A stretch of 64,000 nucleotides of DNA. It comes from Kudoa neothunni. Its lineage: Eukaryota; Animalia; Cnidaria. The stretch lies in contig OZ199838.1 in NCBI GenBank assembly GCA_964304625.1, forward strand, positions 1,499,158-1,563,157. Direction: 5' to 3'. A program made the translations under genes and the position numbers. This document shows, in pieces, positions 13,581 through 27,600 of this stretch. The notes beneath the pieces are model-generated. The model worked only from the letters and a program-made list of their open reading frames with translations. It did no database searches and was not told where the DNA came from. Each line of letters begins with the position of its first letter. Position 1 is the first letter of the stretch.

Positions 13581-15748
13581 TTAACTTGTAAACAAAAATA
13601 AATTGTGAATTTTTAAATTTCAAATCTTTATATCATTCATCGTTGTTATTAGTGATATGTTTTGAGATCTGATGTATTTAACCTTGCAATTTTCGCTCGT
13701 CCCAGAAAGAGATCTACTTTGAGAACGACGAGGTTATAACAAATATTATGTGACTAATCGATATATAATATATACGAATACTTAGGCTTCATCTTATAAA
13801 TTCGTTTACATAACTAAAAAAATATTAGATAAAATATATAGGTTTCTTCGACACTCGAATTGTATGAATTTATTCTATAAGAATTCCTATCTATAAGCAC
13901 CAACAATAATTTTTCAAGGTATAGTGAAACTCTTTCCGAACTTTATCTATCGTTTGACGAGAAACGCGAATAGAAAATTTTTGAACGAGCTTTTCTGATA
14001 ATTGATTGAATGTCAGTTTAAAATTTTCATATACTTCTCAAACAAAAAATTGTTTTGTGCACTTCACTCAACAATGGGCGGCGATCACCTCAAGTTGTTA
14101 ACAGTTGTTAACCTTTGAAACAAACCCGGCACATTGTTTCTCTTCAATATTCTACGTACTGTAGATTCGGGAATATCTAATGACTCAAAAATCTGACGGT
14201 TCGTCTTTCCAATCTTATTTATTTCGATAATCTTTTAAAATTGTTACTCACTTCCACATGGTGAGTAAATTTAGCCCTATGTTCGGCATTAACTTTCTCA
14301 TATTTTTTATTATTAGAATTACTATTTTCAAATTGATTAGGCATTCTTATGCTTTCACTGGAGAAACAGTGAAAATATGCGTGGCATTTGCATCTTGAAT
14401 GAACATGTTTACATATAGATTGAGCCAATCAATAATATTTTCCATTTTTGGCCAATCTTGATTGAAACACATATGCCACGCTCTCTTTTTAACTCTGTTT
14501 GAATTTTCACCCATACTTTTAAAATAATGTACGTCTATAACTCCAAAATATGTTTATTCGAATAAACTAAAATATTTTAAAGATAACGTCGAAATAGCCA
14601 AACTCAATTACAGAATAATAAGAAAAATGGATCAAATAATAATTATTCAAGAATCTGAAAACAGCGCGTTTCCAACTATAATGATATCTTTTTAAGATTT
14701 CGAATCATTTTAATCCTCATCACTATTAAAACAATAAATATGATTATTTTACCTAATTATAAAACTTATTATTTATAAACTGATCTCAACAAATTTATCA
14801 ATCTACTAGTTTTGATGAATAAGTAAAAAACCCCCAAGAACCCATGATTAGTAGATAAATCTCAAGGTTTGGACTTCCAGCTTAGAAGATTATTTTACTT
14901 GTTGTCAGTTTCAGTTATTTCACACAACACAAATTGACACTGAAATTTTGACAACTATTTGTAATCTTCTTTGAAGGAAAAATTGAATTTTATAGAGAAT
15001 ATCATTTTTTAGGATAATATGGTAAAATATTATGTCAACAAATCTTAGATTATCAACTATAGTTGATATACAATATTTCACTTTTTTTTATTTAATAAAT
15101 GATTTTAATAAAAGTTGGAATTGAGCATTTTAATTTTATTCTTACGAATCATAACAACAGTTACACATTAAACCAATCTAATTAATGTAATATTTAAACT
15201 AATTATGTTTCAATTAACTTTTAATAAATTTTATATCCTCATGTTAATATTTGTGAGCAAAATACAATAAACTAGAACCTATAACATAGGAAACCCGTAC
15301 AAAACTGCTGAATACGAATAGCTATATAAATTAATGTAGCTACCCCAAATTTTGCATAGAAATAAGTATCTACGCGATCATTTATATACAAAAATAATAT
15401 TTTATTCAATAAGAATGTATCTCCACATAGATTAAATTATTTAATTGATTTATGCAAATAATTAATCAATATTATAACATAATTATTTCATGAAAAATTG
15501 AATCAATAAAAGAAATCATACTCAAAGTTGGAATTCTCATGATAATTGTACTTCACCAGTCACTACCTCAATCCTTCAATCGACCAAATCGTGAGGGGAT
15601 TGAACCTTCTTATTTAACAGTTCAATGGAAATACTTTTCATGATCTAACAAATAAAACTGAGATTAACCAATTATGTTTCTATAGAAAAAATCATATATT
15701 TAAAGAAACGAATTGTCAGGGTTGATAGAAATTTTCAAATTGAAAAAA

Positions 15749-17971
15749 ATGTCCAGACCTAACCGAAAAACACCCTTTTTCGCATTGGTACGTAAAATTT
15801 TAAATTGAAAAGATTGATTTTTAAATGAAATATTATTAAGATAGTGGTTTTGTTGAGCATCAGCCATTTTGGCCGATCGTTCGCAATTACTGAGGTGATA
15901 GATTTCACTGTGTTGGATCAAGAAATTGCTCAACGTGTTGACGACTTGATGGCATCGGGGAAATATGACCTATCCTATTTCACTGATTTCACCTTTGGTG
16001 CCAACCTAACATATGCAGACTCGACAAAAGCAATGGTTGCCTCCAGCGATATAAGATGCTCTAGAGTTGGTGCCTATTATCTTGAAAATGGTGGCAACAT
16101 GATTGACGCTGCCGTTGCTACATCTATTTGTATTAATGTGATCGAAATCGCATCTTCAGGTGCACTTATAAATATAGCCACAAAATTGAGCTTTTTTATA
16201 TCGGATAGGATTTACTGGAGGTGGTGCATCGCTGTTTTTATTGAACGGCCGTGTTCAAACATTGGATTTCGCCCCATACCCCACCAAGAGTATTGTCAAC
16301 GATGAAGACATATATGAAGGAGGATGTTGGTCGTGCTTTGATATATCTCTTTTAATTGTGAATTTTAGCTGCTAGAGCGTTGAAAATTCCTGGAATGGCT
16401 ATGGGATTGTACCAACTGTGGCAAAAGGGAGGAAAAATTGAATGGAAGTCATTATTTGATATTCCTATCCTAATCGCTTACAATGGTTGGGAAGTCAAAC
16501 CATCTCTGAGAAGACAGCTAGTTGCAAATGAATTTCCTTTAAGTCTTGATCCTTTCCTCAAGTAATATTGAACTATTACATCAGGGGAAACACCAGTCAA
16601 TTTCCTAATATTTAATTTAGACAAATTTTATTTAACGGTAATGTGGTAAAAAGTATTGGAGATAGAATTGTTAACAAACCATTGACAAGAACACTCCATT
16701 TGCTCTCGATGGACTATAAAAACATGTACTTTGGAGCTATTCCATCACTTATGATGAACCAAATTGGACAAAAATACTACGACAGTCTTATGAGTGAAAT
16801 CAGCCAATACCAAACAAGGGTTTTTGAAACAATGTCTCTTGACCTGAATGATGAGAAAAAGATGGTTACTATACAAGGAAACCATGGTGGATCATTGGCT
16901 GCCTATATTATAAACGCAATAAGAGGTATAGTTTATTTTAAACATATTTATTTATAAGAAAAAAAATTATTTCCACAAAATAGGATATAAAAATGCTAGA
17001 CCTGAAGTATTTCACGGAGATGGAACTGTTGATGACAGTTATTACGTGACTCTTTATGATATTCTTAATAATGGTCATATTCTTATGCCTAATGCGGAGG
17101 GAGACAAAGCTGTGAGTTTAAAATTTTGTTTAGAATCGAGTTTGCGTATTTTGGTTTAGATACAACTAATCAAGGATGCATACAACAACTACACAAACGA
17201 TGTGCCCACTATAGAATTACCCGCAGCTAGAAAATTAACAAAAGCAAAAGAATCATTGTTAGATAGCGAATATAAGGAAGAAGAGGATATTCCAGGTTCA
17301 TCTTCTGTGGTTGTCTTTGATGAATGTGGAAATGCTATATCGATGAAAGTAGCCATCAACCAATTGTAAATTTTTTGAGGAAAATTGGTCGGGTCTAGCT
17401 TGATGTGTATTATAGATTCGGTGGTGTTTTCAGTTTCCCTGAACTGGGTCTTGTAGCTAACACCTACACAGGGGTTAAACTAGATGAAAACTTGAAGCCA
17501 ATTCCTATTAATACAACTCATCGATTTACTTTCTCTTCACCCATTTTGGTTGTTGGAAAATCTGACAATCGAATCTACCAAATCTATTCGGGAACCGGTG
17601 GAAGAAAGATTGCTTCTGCCGTTGCTCAAGTTCTTGCCAATCATTTCTATATTAACATGCCCATGGGAGTGTCATCGGGGCATTTTAGAATGTTCTCTCC
17701 ATTTGATGATAACTAGTAATCGTTATGAGTCCTTGTAATAAGTAAACGCGTCAATACTGAATTTAGTGTTCATGCTGAAGAAGAAAGACCGATACCAGTT
17801 AAAATTGTTGACCTCCTCGCACAAGAAAGAGGTGTATCAGTGCGTGTCATTCCCTACCATTACATGTCTTCTGTCACTCAAATAGGAGTTACTCGTGATG
17901 CCTTCGGATACCCTGTAAACATATTTGGCCAGGGTGATTTCCGAAGAAACGGAGGAGTAAAAGGAGTCTAA
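15749..17971 (+). CDS. Secreted gamma-glutamyltranspeptidase-like protein, copy 1 (catalytic residues altered)
   Basis: Signal-like MSRPNRKTPFFALIVVLLSISHFG; GGT motifs CSRVGAYYLENGGNMIDAAVA, SGFTGGG, KIPGMAMGL, W..LF..PI..A..GWEV, SGTGGRKIASAVAQV, C-terminal GDFRRNGG. Hand splicing gives an uninterrupted frame. Confidence 0.9.
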
Positions 17972-18580
17972 CCATTACAAACCTATTATTTTCCAATACA
18001 TCAACTTATTCTAATACAATTGGTCCTGATTGTTGATAATTTTCACTGTTTGGCCAATTATAACACAGTTTCTCTATTGAGATTGAGATATATTCCAGTT
18101 TGCGCAATAAAAAATCAAAAAGATTATGCACAAATAAATATTACTTACCCCTAATTTCCCATAATTAATAATATTTTTCATTCTTTATAACAGAATAACT
18201 ATAAAAATGTACGGTTCGAAAACCTTTAGGACTAACCCTTAGAAAACAGTATTGTTTGCGAGTGTAAAAATAGCTCAAATCATATAAAACCATAATTCTA
18301 ACTAAACAATTGTTCATTTTTTGTTTTAAAAACAAACTGAATTCGATACCTTTTATCTTTTATGGAAAATATAATCCGAAGCAAAGTCATATAATATCTC
18401 TTCATTTTTATCAATAATGTACCGGCATCTTATTTTAAAATTTAAATACTACCAATGCAGTTTCTATTTTATTGGTATGAATTCCACTGCTGGAAACGAT
18501 GGAATATTGGTGTCATAATGTGTCAGGAAAAAATCCTATATCATTCAGATGATTTTTACCTTTTATTTATCTGTCTAAAT

Positions 18581-21500
18581 CAATGTTTCCCAACATTAAT
18601 TTTCGTGACCCATATTTTACAAACAATAATCCTGTAATCCACGTAAATATTCAAAATGTTGATTAGAATTTAAAGTTAATTTTCCAATAATATTTATAAT
18701 CAATATTTTATATAATAATTTTATTATGCTTTTCAAACATTAATATTACACTTTAAACGAATATTGTTCAACCACTTAGCTACTTCTGTATCGACTTTTC
18801 AGGTTTGCTTTTTAAAGTTTTTCGTTATTTTCTCACGTTCTAATTATTTTATTATAATTGTTATTTTTAAGAAATCAGTTATTACGGCTCAATGATGTAA
18901 TCAATAAAAAATTAAGAATTAATATAATTTGTTAACAAAAATGCCATTATATTCAATGCAACGAACAAAAAATGTTTTATTTATAATTTCTCTTAATAAA
19001 CACAAATATTAAGTAAAATTTTTGTCATGTTCTCTTTTAAATTCAATAAAATAAAATTTTAACTTTCAAGATCTTTCAGATGAGGCAATTTCAGAATAAT
19101 CGGTAGTTAATTCTACTTTAGTAAGTGCGCATGCTTCGTTTACAATAGATTGGTTTCTTGGTGTAAAATATATTTTCGCACTACATATAATATATAATCA
19201 ACGATACAATTTGATGTAAAAACATATTTTTTAGTTTTTAATTTTTTTATATTAATTTTTGAGTTAAAGCGTAAATATAAGTGCAATATTACCCCATTAA
19301 TTGTCACAACAATTTAATTTTCTTTATTAAATACGTTATATAAAGTCACAAGCGAATCAAAAATTTGTAAAAAAAATATATGAGTAATAAAAATTGTTTT
19401 AAAATAGCCCATTCCAGTTTTCCTCGTAAATTAAAATCAGTATGTATTCCAATACTTTCTTATATTTTTAAATATAAGCGTGTCGTTCATCAATATTCTT
19501 TGATCTTATATAATATAAATTTAGTTCTTTGATACTTTTCTGCTAGGTAATGGCTATTGTAATGGAAGGGAATATCTCCTAAAATAACGCTTGTATCAAA
19601 ATTTTAATTTCATTAATACATATAACAATAAATAAACTATTATCAAATAAATTAGTCAACTTTTTACCTCTAAATTGATCAAGTATGCAGTCATTGTTTA
19701 ATATTTTTCTTCAAAAAATTCATATTTGTATTTATGTATAAGTGATTTCAAAATTTTGTTATGTTTATTTTATACAACAATAAGTAGCGACATATACTAT
19801 GCGTTAATTAAGAACAAGTGAGCCCCTGTTATTGTGGTTTGTTTGCAGAAATGATTGTAAACAAACTATTTTACGATGTAATTTCAATTTCACTTTAGAT
19901 GATTAATTATACATTAATTTGGTTGTTATAATTTTTATTATGTGATTTATCGATATAGATCACCATTTATACTTTTAGTATTAATGTCGATCACGTGAAA
20001 TATTATTATTTAATTTACTTTAATAAAGACATTTCCCGCCAGCGAATATATACAGGATAAATTATCAACTATTCGTAATGCTAAATCTAGTCACAGTGCA
20101 CCAAAATTACAAGAAATCCTATAAGAAAAATTTAAACCTTACTCAAAGAGCCTATAAAATACACAAGTCTACACAAACCAATATGTGCCAAGGTCTGCAA
20201 AATATTGCAATGAATTTATCCTTAGTTCAATAATTGCCATTAAGATAATTGAAGTTACGTTAGAACTAATAACGTTTCGTGACTAGAAAAAATATTAAAC
20301 ATTGTTATAAAATACTTATTTAAAATGATGTAACTAATTTTAAATAAAAAGCGATACCAACGAGAACAATTCGAAATACGATAATTAGGTAAAAAATAAC
20401 CGGCAGAATGAAAGAATCAATAGTATTAATATAAGTATAATTTGCTCAAATAAATATTAGATATTAAGCGTTAAGCAAATCAAAAGACTTAAGTGAATAA
20501 AATTTCTCAAGCATCCTCAACCAATATACTTAATAATGACTTGTCTGAAGACTTGTATAATATGTAAAGCGATCAACGGATAGATAAGCACGATGTTGAC
20601 GATAATTTCTATAGTTAAGTAATCAAACAAAATTTTTTATTAAATTTTTATGGATTTAGAATTTCCCTCTAAAATAAACAATAGGAAGACCTAATGGCTG
20701 TGATCTAACAATCATTAGATTGTCTAAAAAACGAAGATGAGCAATTTAAATTCATGTAAAGTATACAAACAATAAAATATTTTTTTAAATATATATCAAT
20801 TAAATATTAATTTTATTTTCATTTTCATTTTTTAGGACAGGAAAACAAGTCAAAAATCACAACTATTTGATCTTAAAATGGTTATAGCCACTTTGTAATA
20901 AAGTCAACTGAGAAAAATATTTTTTCTTGTTTTTTTCCATCTTTGATCAAGAAAAGAAGATAGAATTGACAGAAATAAAAGGAAAAAATGAGTGTATTAT
21001 TAGCATGCGGGTTAACTCTCTTTGTAATTTCCTATAAAGATTACACTCCTTATAATCAGTTTTATTCAAAAACAAATACAGATATAAATTCTTTATGCAA
21101 ATTACAACTTAATTCGTGCATAATTGGCAAATCTAGAGATGAAAAGTCAACTAATATACTTTCTTTTGAAAATTTATTTAATAATAGTTCATTTATTGTT
21201 ATACGTATTTATGAAATTAAAATTTGGATAAAAGCGTTATTTGGGAGATATTCCCTTCCGTTACAATAGCCAGTGTCTTTCTACTATGTTAAATAAGATA
21301 TTTGAAAAATTTATTTCGTTGATTATATATAATATGAGTGACATATAAGGATAGTAAAGAATATAGTTTGGTCGTGAGGGTTACATTATCATAAATAGTT
21401 GCAAGCATATTACTTTGAGGAGTAAAAATCTTTTATTTCATGAAAATTATGTTACGAGAAAGTATTTTTTCGCAGAAAAATAATGCTTACAATGTCTAAA

Positions 21501-22091
21501 TTATGGTTATTAATACGACGAGTCAACTGATGTGTTGAAATAACTTCAGTTTTAATAGTTAATTTTAATTTTTAATGAACTCTCCAAAAATGTTATTTTC
21601 ATTTGGATGTTATTTTTATTTAAGTATTAAATAATTAAAATAGAAAAACTCATGAAATCGTACCGATATGTACCTTGAAATTAAACATGCCCAAGAAAAA
21701 AATGAATATTCACGTGTCTAAAATTAATTGAATAGAAAGATTAACTCGCATCTGAGTCAGATTTTTAGTTAAAGAATTTTTCATGTGCATCAAAAACAAA
21801 CAGACGGAATAATGAGTGCTTCCTGATTAGAAAACGTGTTGATTGCTTTAGATCACATGGTGAGGTAAGTTTTTTACAATTTTTCATATTGAAATATGCC
21901 ATTTTACTCATAAAACAACAATATGTAACTTAAATCAATATAATATTTATATTATATCAATATATCTCGATTCCAAGCGTTAAAATAAAATTTTCTATCT
22001 CAACGGTAACCTACACGACATGAGTCTGCGTTTTCCTGTGCCGTCCAAATTAGTCACAAAATTTTTCATGACCCCAGGCTGGGAAACATAA
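18581..22091. mobile_element. Decayed hAT (Buster/Charlie-like) element(s) between the GGT paralogs
   Basis: Ends CAATGTTTCCCAAC and GGCTGGGAAACATAA resemble Charlie/Buster TIRs; both flanks fit nnnTAnnn (GTCTAAAT / GGCTAAGA); YDESTDV motif at ~21515-21535; minus-strand SRYRSS*VVE near 18780. Confidence 0.55.
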
Positions 22092-23576
22092 GGCTAAGAC
22101 TTTATGGTTGTAGCGGAGCTCATGAACACACAGAGAAAATGCTCAAAAGTATATATTTAATGACATATGAAAATTCATTTTTATGCTTATTTCTATTGTT
22201 AAATATAGTTTTTTAATATTATAGTATAAATTTATATGTTTTTAATAGATAAATTGACTGGAATTATGGAAGAAAGAACTCTATGGAATATTTAATCAAA
22301 TTAGAACCCAATATGTATTCTTAAAGTTATTGTCATACTGTGAACGAAAATAATAAGATTCTTTTAAAAACGTTAAGATGATTTGAAAATACTCATTTAG
22401 ACATTTGATTACTTCATCAAAAATGTAAAGAGGTCGTCTTATATACGGGGCACTTATTCGTGACGCAGGAGGAAACAGCGATGAATTTATGTATAGTAAT
22501 TTAGTATTTAGAGTTCGTTTCAAAATTTTGTTTATTCCAACTCCGCTATACTGACTGGATCTCTTATTGCTTATTTTGTTAAAATACACAAATTAGAGTA
22601 AGAATATTCCATTGTGAATAAGAAACAAATACAAATTAATTACTTATTTTCATTTAAATCTTAAATATAAAAAAATTTTTATTTAATATTTTATACCACT
22701 GGTTCATAGTTTTCAAGTACTCAAAGAGATCAGTTTAGTTTTTTCCTAATGGGAAATGTTAGAGCCAACAAAATAACTCATTTTTAGGAAAGCTTCAATT
22801 AGTACGATAAAAAAATTCTATAGTTGATTAAATCTATCATATTAATTATAACTTTTGTATTGGTCGAAAATGCTATTTTACCGAAGGAATCCACTATAGG
22901 ATAGTAATTAATGTAGGTGATCATTTAAAAAAAGATGAATTCAGACTATTATTCTTCAAATTTATGAATAATTATAAACTAGAAGATTTCATAAATAGTC
23001 TAATTGATCAGAAAATTATATTTAAACTGTGCATCAAGGAAGAATAATCTCTAGAGTTCTGATTCTTTGCTATTCAGGCGACTTCCTATCATATAAAAGT
23101 GCCCATAGATTAAAAAACATAATTCACTTTATTTGATAGATTTGTTTCAAATCAAGTTATAAATATCCTAATCAATTTATTGTAAAAATTTGTTCTTATA
23201 CGAGAAATTAAACATAGAAGATAATTTTCATCCAATAGATACAAATTTTAAGATTAATTTAAATAATATTCCGATTATTATCATTTACATAAAATAAAAT
23301 CAATTTTTATAACAATTATCTATTATAGAAATTATCTCAAAAATACGAACAGCAATTATTTATTCATATCCTCTGGATAATTTTATTTTATCAACCACTA
23401 TACTGAATAGAAGAATCCTAGTCACGAGGGAATGGAACCCTATCACATACTTTAATGGTTCTTATTAAAATTAATTTATACAATTAAAATGCTAATTAGT
23501 AAAATAGGTTTCTATAGTATTAAACAAATATAAAATCAGTCGAATTTTATTTGGCAAGATATTCTAGACTAGAACA

Positions 23577-26087
23577 ATGTCAAGGTTGAACATGAAAAAA
23601 CCAATTTTTATTTTGGTACATTTAAGATCAAATATTCAAACTTGATTTGAATTTATATGATTAGATTTTGATCCTTTTAACGATCAGTAATTTTGGTTTT
23701 TCGACCCCCGACGATGAAGTAGACGAATGTGTTCTAAAATGCAGAAGATATAAGGATGATAATCAATATAGTGTATCTCGTCCATATGGCGGAGACAACG
23801 ATGATGATGATGACGACGACGATGATGATGATGATAGTGGTGACAAATATTTGGGACGTCCTGTATCAGGCGTAGATGATGATGGCGATGATGACGATGA
23901 CAGCGAAGATAAACAAGACGATGATGATGGTGAAGATGTCAGTGATCAAGATGAAAAATACAATGACACAGAAGAGGATGAACAAGAGGATGAGAAAAAC
24001 GACAAGGAATATGAGCCTGTAGATCAAGAAGTTATACAACGTGTTGAGAATTTGTTGAACTCAGGAAAATACAATGTGTCTCATTTTACTGATTTTGAAG
24101 ATGCTCCGGGTGATATGATGAACACATCTGAGAAGGGAATAGTAACCTCCAGTGATGTGAGATGTTCGAGGGTTGGTGCCTACTACCTAAAACATGGTGG
24201 AAATGCCATTGACGCTGCAGTCGCCTCATCACTTTGTCTCTCTGTTATTGAAATGGCATCAGCAGGTATATCATTTGAGAGTATTGCCAAATTTTTACAA
24301 TTCTTAGGATTGGCTGGTGGTGGTGTATCGTTGAGTTATGTGAACGGTCGCATCAGAACGGTTGATTTCCGTCCAAGGGATACAAAAATTGTTGTTTCCA
24401 GAAGAAGGATTAGAAGATGTAGAGGTTAGTTTTATTGAAAAGTCGTGATGTAGTTTTATAAACCGTTGCTAGTTGTAAGAAGATTCAAAGTTCCAGGTAT
24501 GGCTATGGGATTGCACAAACTATGGAAACAAGGTGGTAAACTCGAATGGAAGATCCTCTTTGATATCCCCATCATAATTGCTTCCAAGGGATTCGAAGTA
24601 AAACCTAGTTTTGGCCGAATGCTGAGAATTTCTAAGCGTAGACTATGGCGAGATCGATATCTCAGGTGAAAATTGTTATTAAGACTAATCATGATGTTTG
24701 TTGAATTTAGAAAAATATTATTTATTGGAAAATGCGTCAAAAAGACAGGTAGTCGCATCGTCAACGAAAGACTAGCTAGAACGTTGCATGAACTTTCCAA
24801 AAACTACACCAACATGTATGTTGGAAGAATACCCCAAATTATGGCTAGAAGAATTAGCAGGAGAAACGAAAAAGAGATAGTTGAAGAAGTCGGAAAATAT
24901 GAAACCCCAGTTTTGGACACATTAGAAGTTGACGTCGATGAAGAACATAAGATGATCACCACCTCTAATAACACCGGCGGACCACTCTTAGGATACATGG
25001 TTGATTCTGCCAAAGGTATATATAAAAATAAAAATTTTAACTGTTATGATAATTTAATTGTACTTAAAGAATTCAAAGAAACTCACTCTGATGCCTTCCA
25101 TCCAGATGGCACTGTAGACGATTCAGTTTATTTGAAGACTTTTGATACTATTGGCAACTCTCATTGTCTTTCTTCTCACCTTACCAGTGGTGATCCGGTA
25201 TTAATATAAAACTATAAGAATGGTTCTCTACTACACATAGGAAAAAGTACTCAATGGTTTATTCGCTCGAGCCAAAAAAAATATCTCTACAGAAATACCT
25301 GAAACCAGAAAATTAATGAAGGGTGAATGCCCACTAGACGATGTTGAAGAGGAAGAGGAAGAAGAGGAAGAGGAAGATATTGGCGGTTCAGTGTCACTGA
25401 ATGTTGCTGACGATTGTGGAAATGGAGTCTCAGTCCAAAGCGGAATCAACAGATTGTATACATTGATAATTCTGCTAGAGTGTGGTAATCTTCAAGAATT
25501 TAACTTGTGTTGTATTTAGATTTGGTGGAAAGTTTAGCTTTGGTTCATTGGGTATAATTGGCAATCCTCTATCAGTGATAGGAAGGGATAAGAGAAGACG
25601 TTGCAGAAGATTCCGAAGAGGAAGAAGACACCTCAAATCATATTACTCTCCTTCAATAGTTATTGAAAATAAAAACAACTCACTCAGCGGAATATTCTCA
25701 GGAGCCGGAGGAAGAAAAATCCCATCCGCTGTTGCACAAGTCATGGGAAATCATTATTATAGAGGCATGAGTCTTGATAAATCCGTCGAAAAGTTTAGGA
25801 TGTTTGTTCCATACGGAAATAATAGGTGAAATCTGTTTTTATCATTTTTTCTCAAACATAAACTAAAATCATATATATATAGAGTCTTCTCTGAAGTAGA
25901 AAAACCGATTCCTCGTAGGATTCAAAGATTGCTTCGCAGAAAGAGAATGGCCAGAATTAGAAGAATATGGCGTGCTCGATCATCTGCTGTGTCCGCAATC
26001 ACTATCAGGCGAAACGCGTTCAACAAGCAAGAAGCAGTTGTTGGTGTGGCCGATTTCCGAAAACAATGTGGAGTTGGTTCTGCATAA
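23577..26087 (+). CDS. Secreted gamma-glutamyltranspeptidase-like protein, copy 2, with poly-Asp/Glu and Arg-rich tracts
   Basis: Same exon structure as copy 1; MSRLNMKKPIFIL signal-like start; CSRVGAYYLKHGGNAIDAAVA, GLAGGG, KVPGMAMGL, SGAGGRKIPSAVAQV, ADFRKQCG; intact spliced frame. Confidence 0.9.
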
Positions 26088-26407
26088 CGGCCACGAGATT
26101 GAACTTTATTTATTCTTCTCAATTATTCTAAAAATTATTGGTCGTGAGTTTCACATTATTTGACCGATTTAATCCACAATTCCTTGTGTATTTTTGTGTC
26201 TGTATTAATAAAGTAATATAACAAAAAATTAAATGAAAAAAATCTCTGTTACCTTATTGATTTTTATGATTATTTCAAAATACTTTCTTAAAGATTATTA
26301 AAAAATGTATAGGAATGTTTAATATTTGAAAAAATTAATTAAATGTCAATAAAGAACAGATAATTTTATTTTATGCTAATTATAAAATAAAATATTCCGC
26401 TTAATGT

Positions 26408-27475
26408 TAACTTTGACCCCCTTCTTGGAATCGGAATTACTCGTTCATCAAAATAGACAGGAAGCATTGATATATCCTGCAATACGAAAAAGTTTTTTAA
26501 ACATTAAGAGTCATAAATATCCACTGTATCTTTAATAAACAGATTTATTTTTTCGAATGTCTTTAAAACTCCGTTCACTTATATAGCTTATACAGGATGA
26601 TAAAATTCCTTCTTTCTATTCGTTACTCTGTGGTATTTCCGTTTAAAAGCATTTCAAATAACCTCAGTTCTATTTGTATGGACTCCAGTAGAAGAAGCAA
26701 ATTCTCTCCCATGTATCACTGTTTTATGAACGTACGGAAGGTTTCTACATTTTTTATATCCTTTGCAGCCTTCAGAATGGATGATTGAACCTCTATCAAC
26801 GAACTTTAAATTACATTGTTTAACGTAAGGTGCCCCTATTATAGTATCAGCCATGAAGAATCTATCTCCCTCAACGACACCTCCAACAGTTCAAATATTC
26901 CTATTCTTCAACATTTTCCAAACATCAGATTTCTTGCTGCTAATATCATTTTAGACAATACGTACATTCACATCTAGCCCTCCAGTTATAACTTGATGAA
27001 TAAGAAAATAATTTAGACATACCTCTTATGATGTTTATTCAATCCATGGCAGTGACTGAAGAATCGATTCCGCAACACTTCATAAGAACTAATTGAGCCG
27101 TCGCACCCTCACGCCTAAACTATAACAATTTGAGTGTGTAATACAGTGAAAGACTAGATTCGAGGAATAATTTAACTTTCCATGAGGATACTCCCTGACG
27201 ACAAATTCTTTTGTAGTAGCGAAATGTGCAACCATCTCTAATTTTAATTCTTTTAAATAGTTGCATCAAGCTGCACCATGAACAAGTTATTTATAATGTA
27301 AAAATTATAATCTTTTTAGAAAAATTATCAAATTTTCGTTTTTATTTTAAAAGTAACAAAAGACATATTTTTTTTGGTTTCTCTAAATTTTCTAATGTGT
27401 AAAATGCTGTTGACATTTGACAGAAATTGTCGATAGCGGGAAAACGAGTAATCTGTCCGGAGGGGTTAAATTAAT
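26408..27475 (-). mobile_element. Merlin / IS1595-family (ISXO2-like) transposase pseudogene
   Basis: GSIIHSEGCKGY...YVHKTVIHGREF..STGVHTNRTE matches the GSxIxTDxWxGY / HxTVNH / GVHTNxIE signature; upstream GGLDVNVRIV* ... I*TVGGVVE; imperfect inverted ends near 26408 and 27460. Confidence 0.8.
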
Positions 27476-27600
27476 TCGCAACAACACTTCATAATAGAAT
27501 TTTTGAGTAATTTCGGAAATTTCAAAATATATCGACTGCTTGATACACACATTTCTAAACTCCTAACCAACTAGGATATATAATAAGGACATTATTGTTA

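Noticed and set aside
14219-14428. CKHVH SWIM-like motif
   Set aside because: The upstream CxC half is missing; insufficient evidence.
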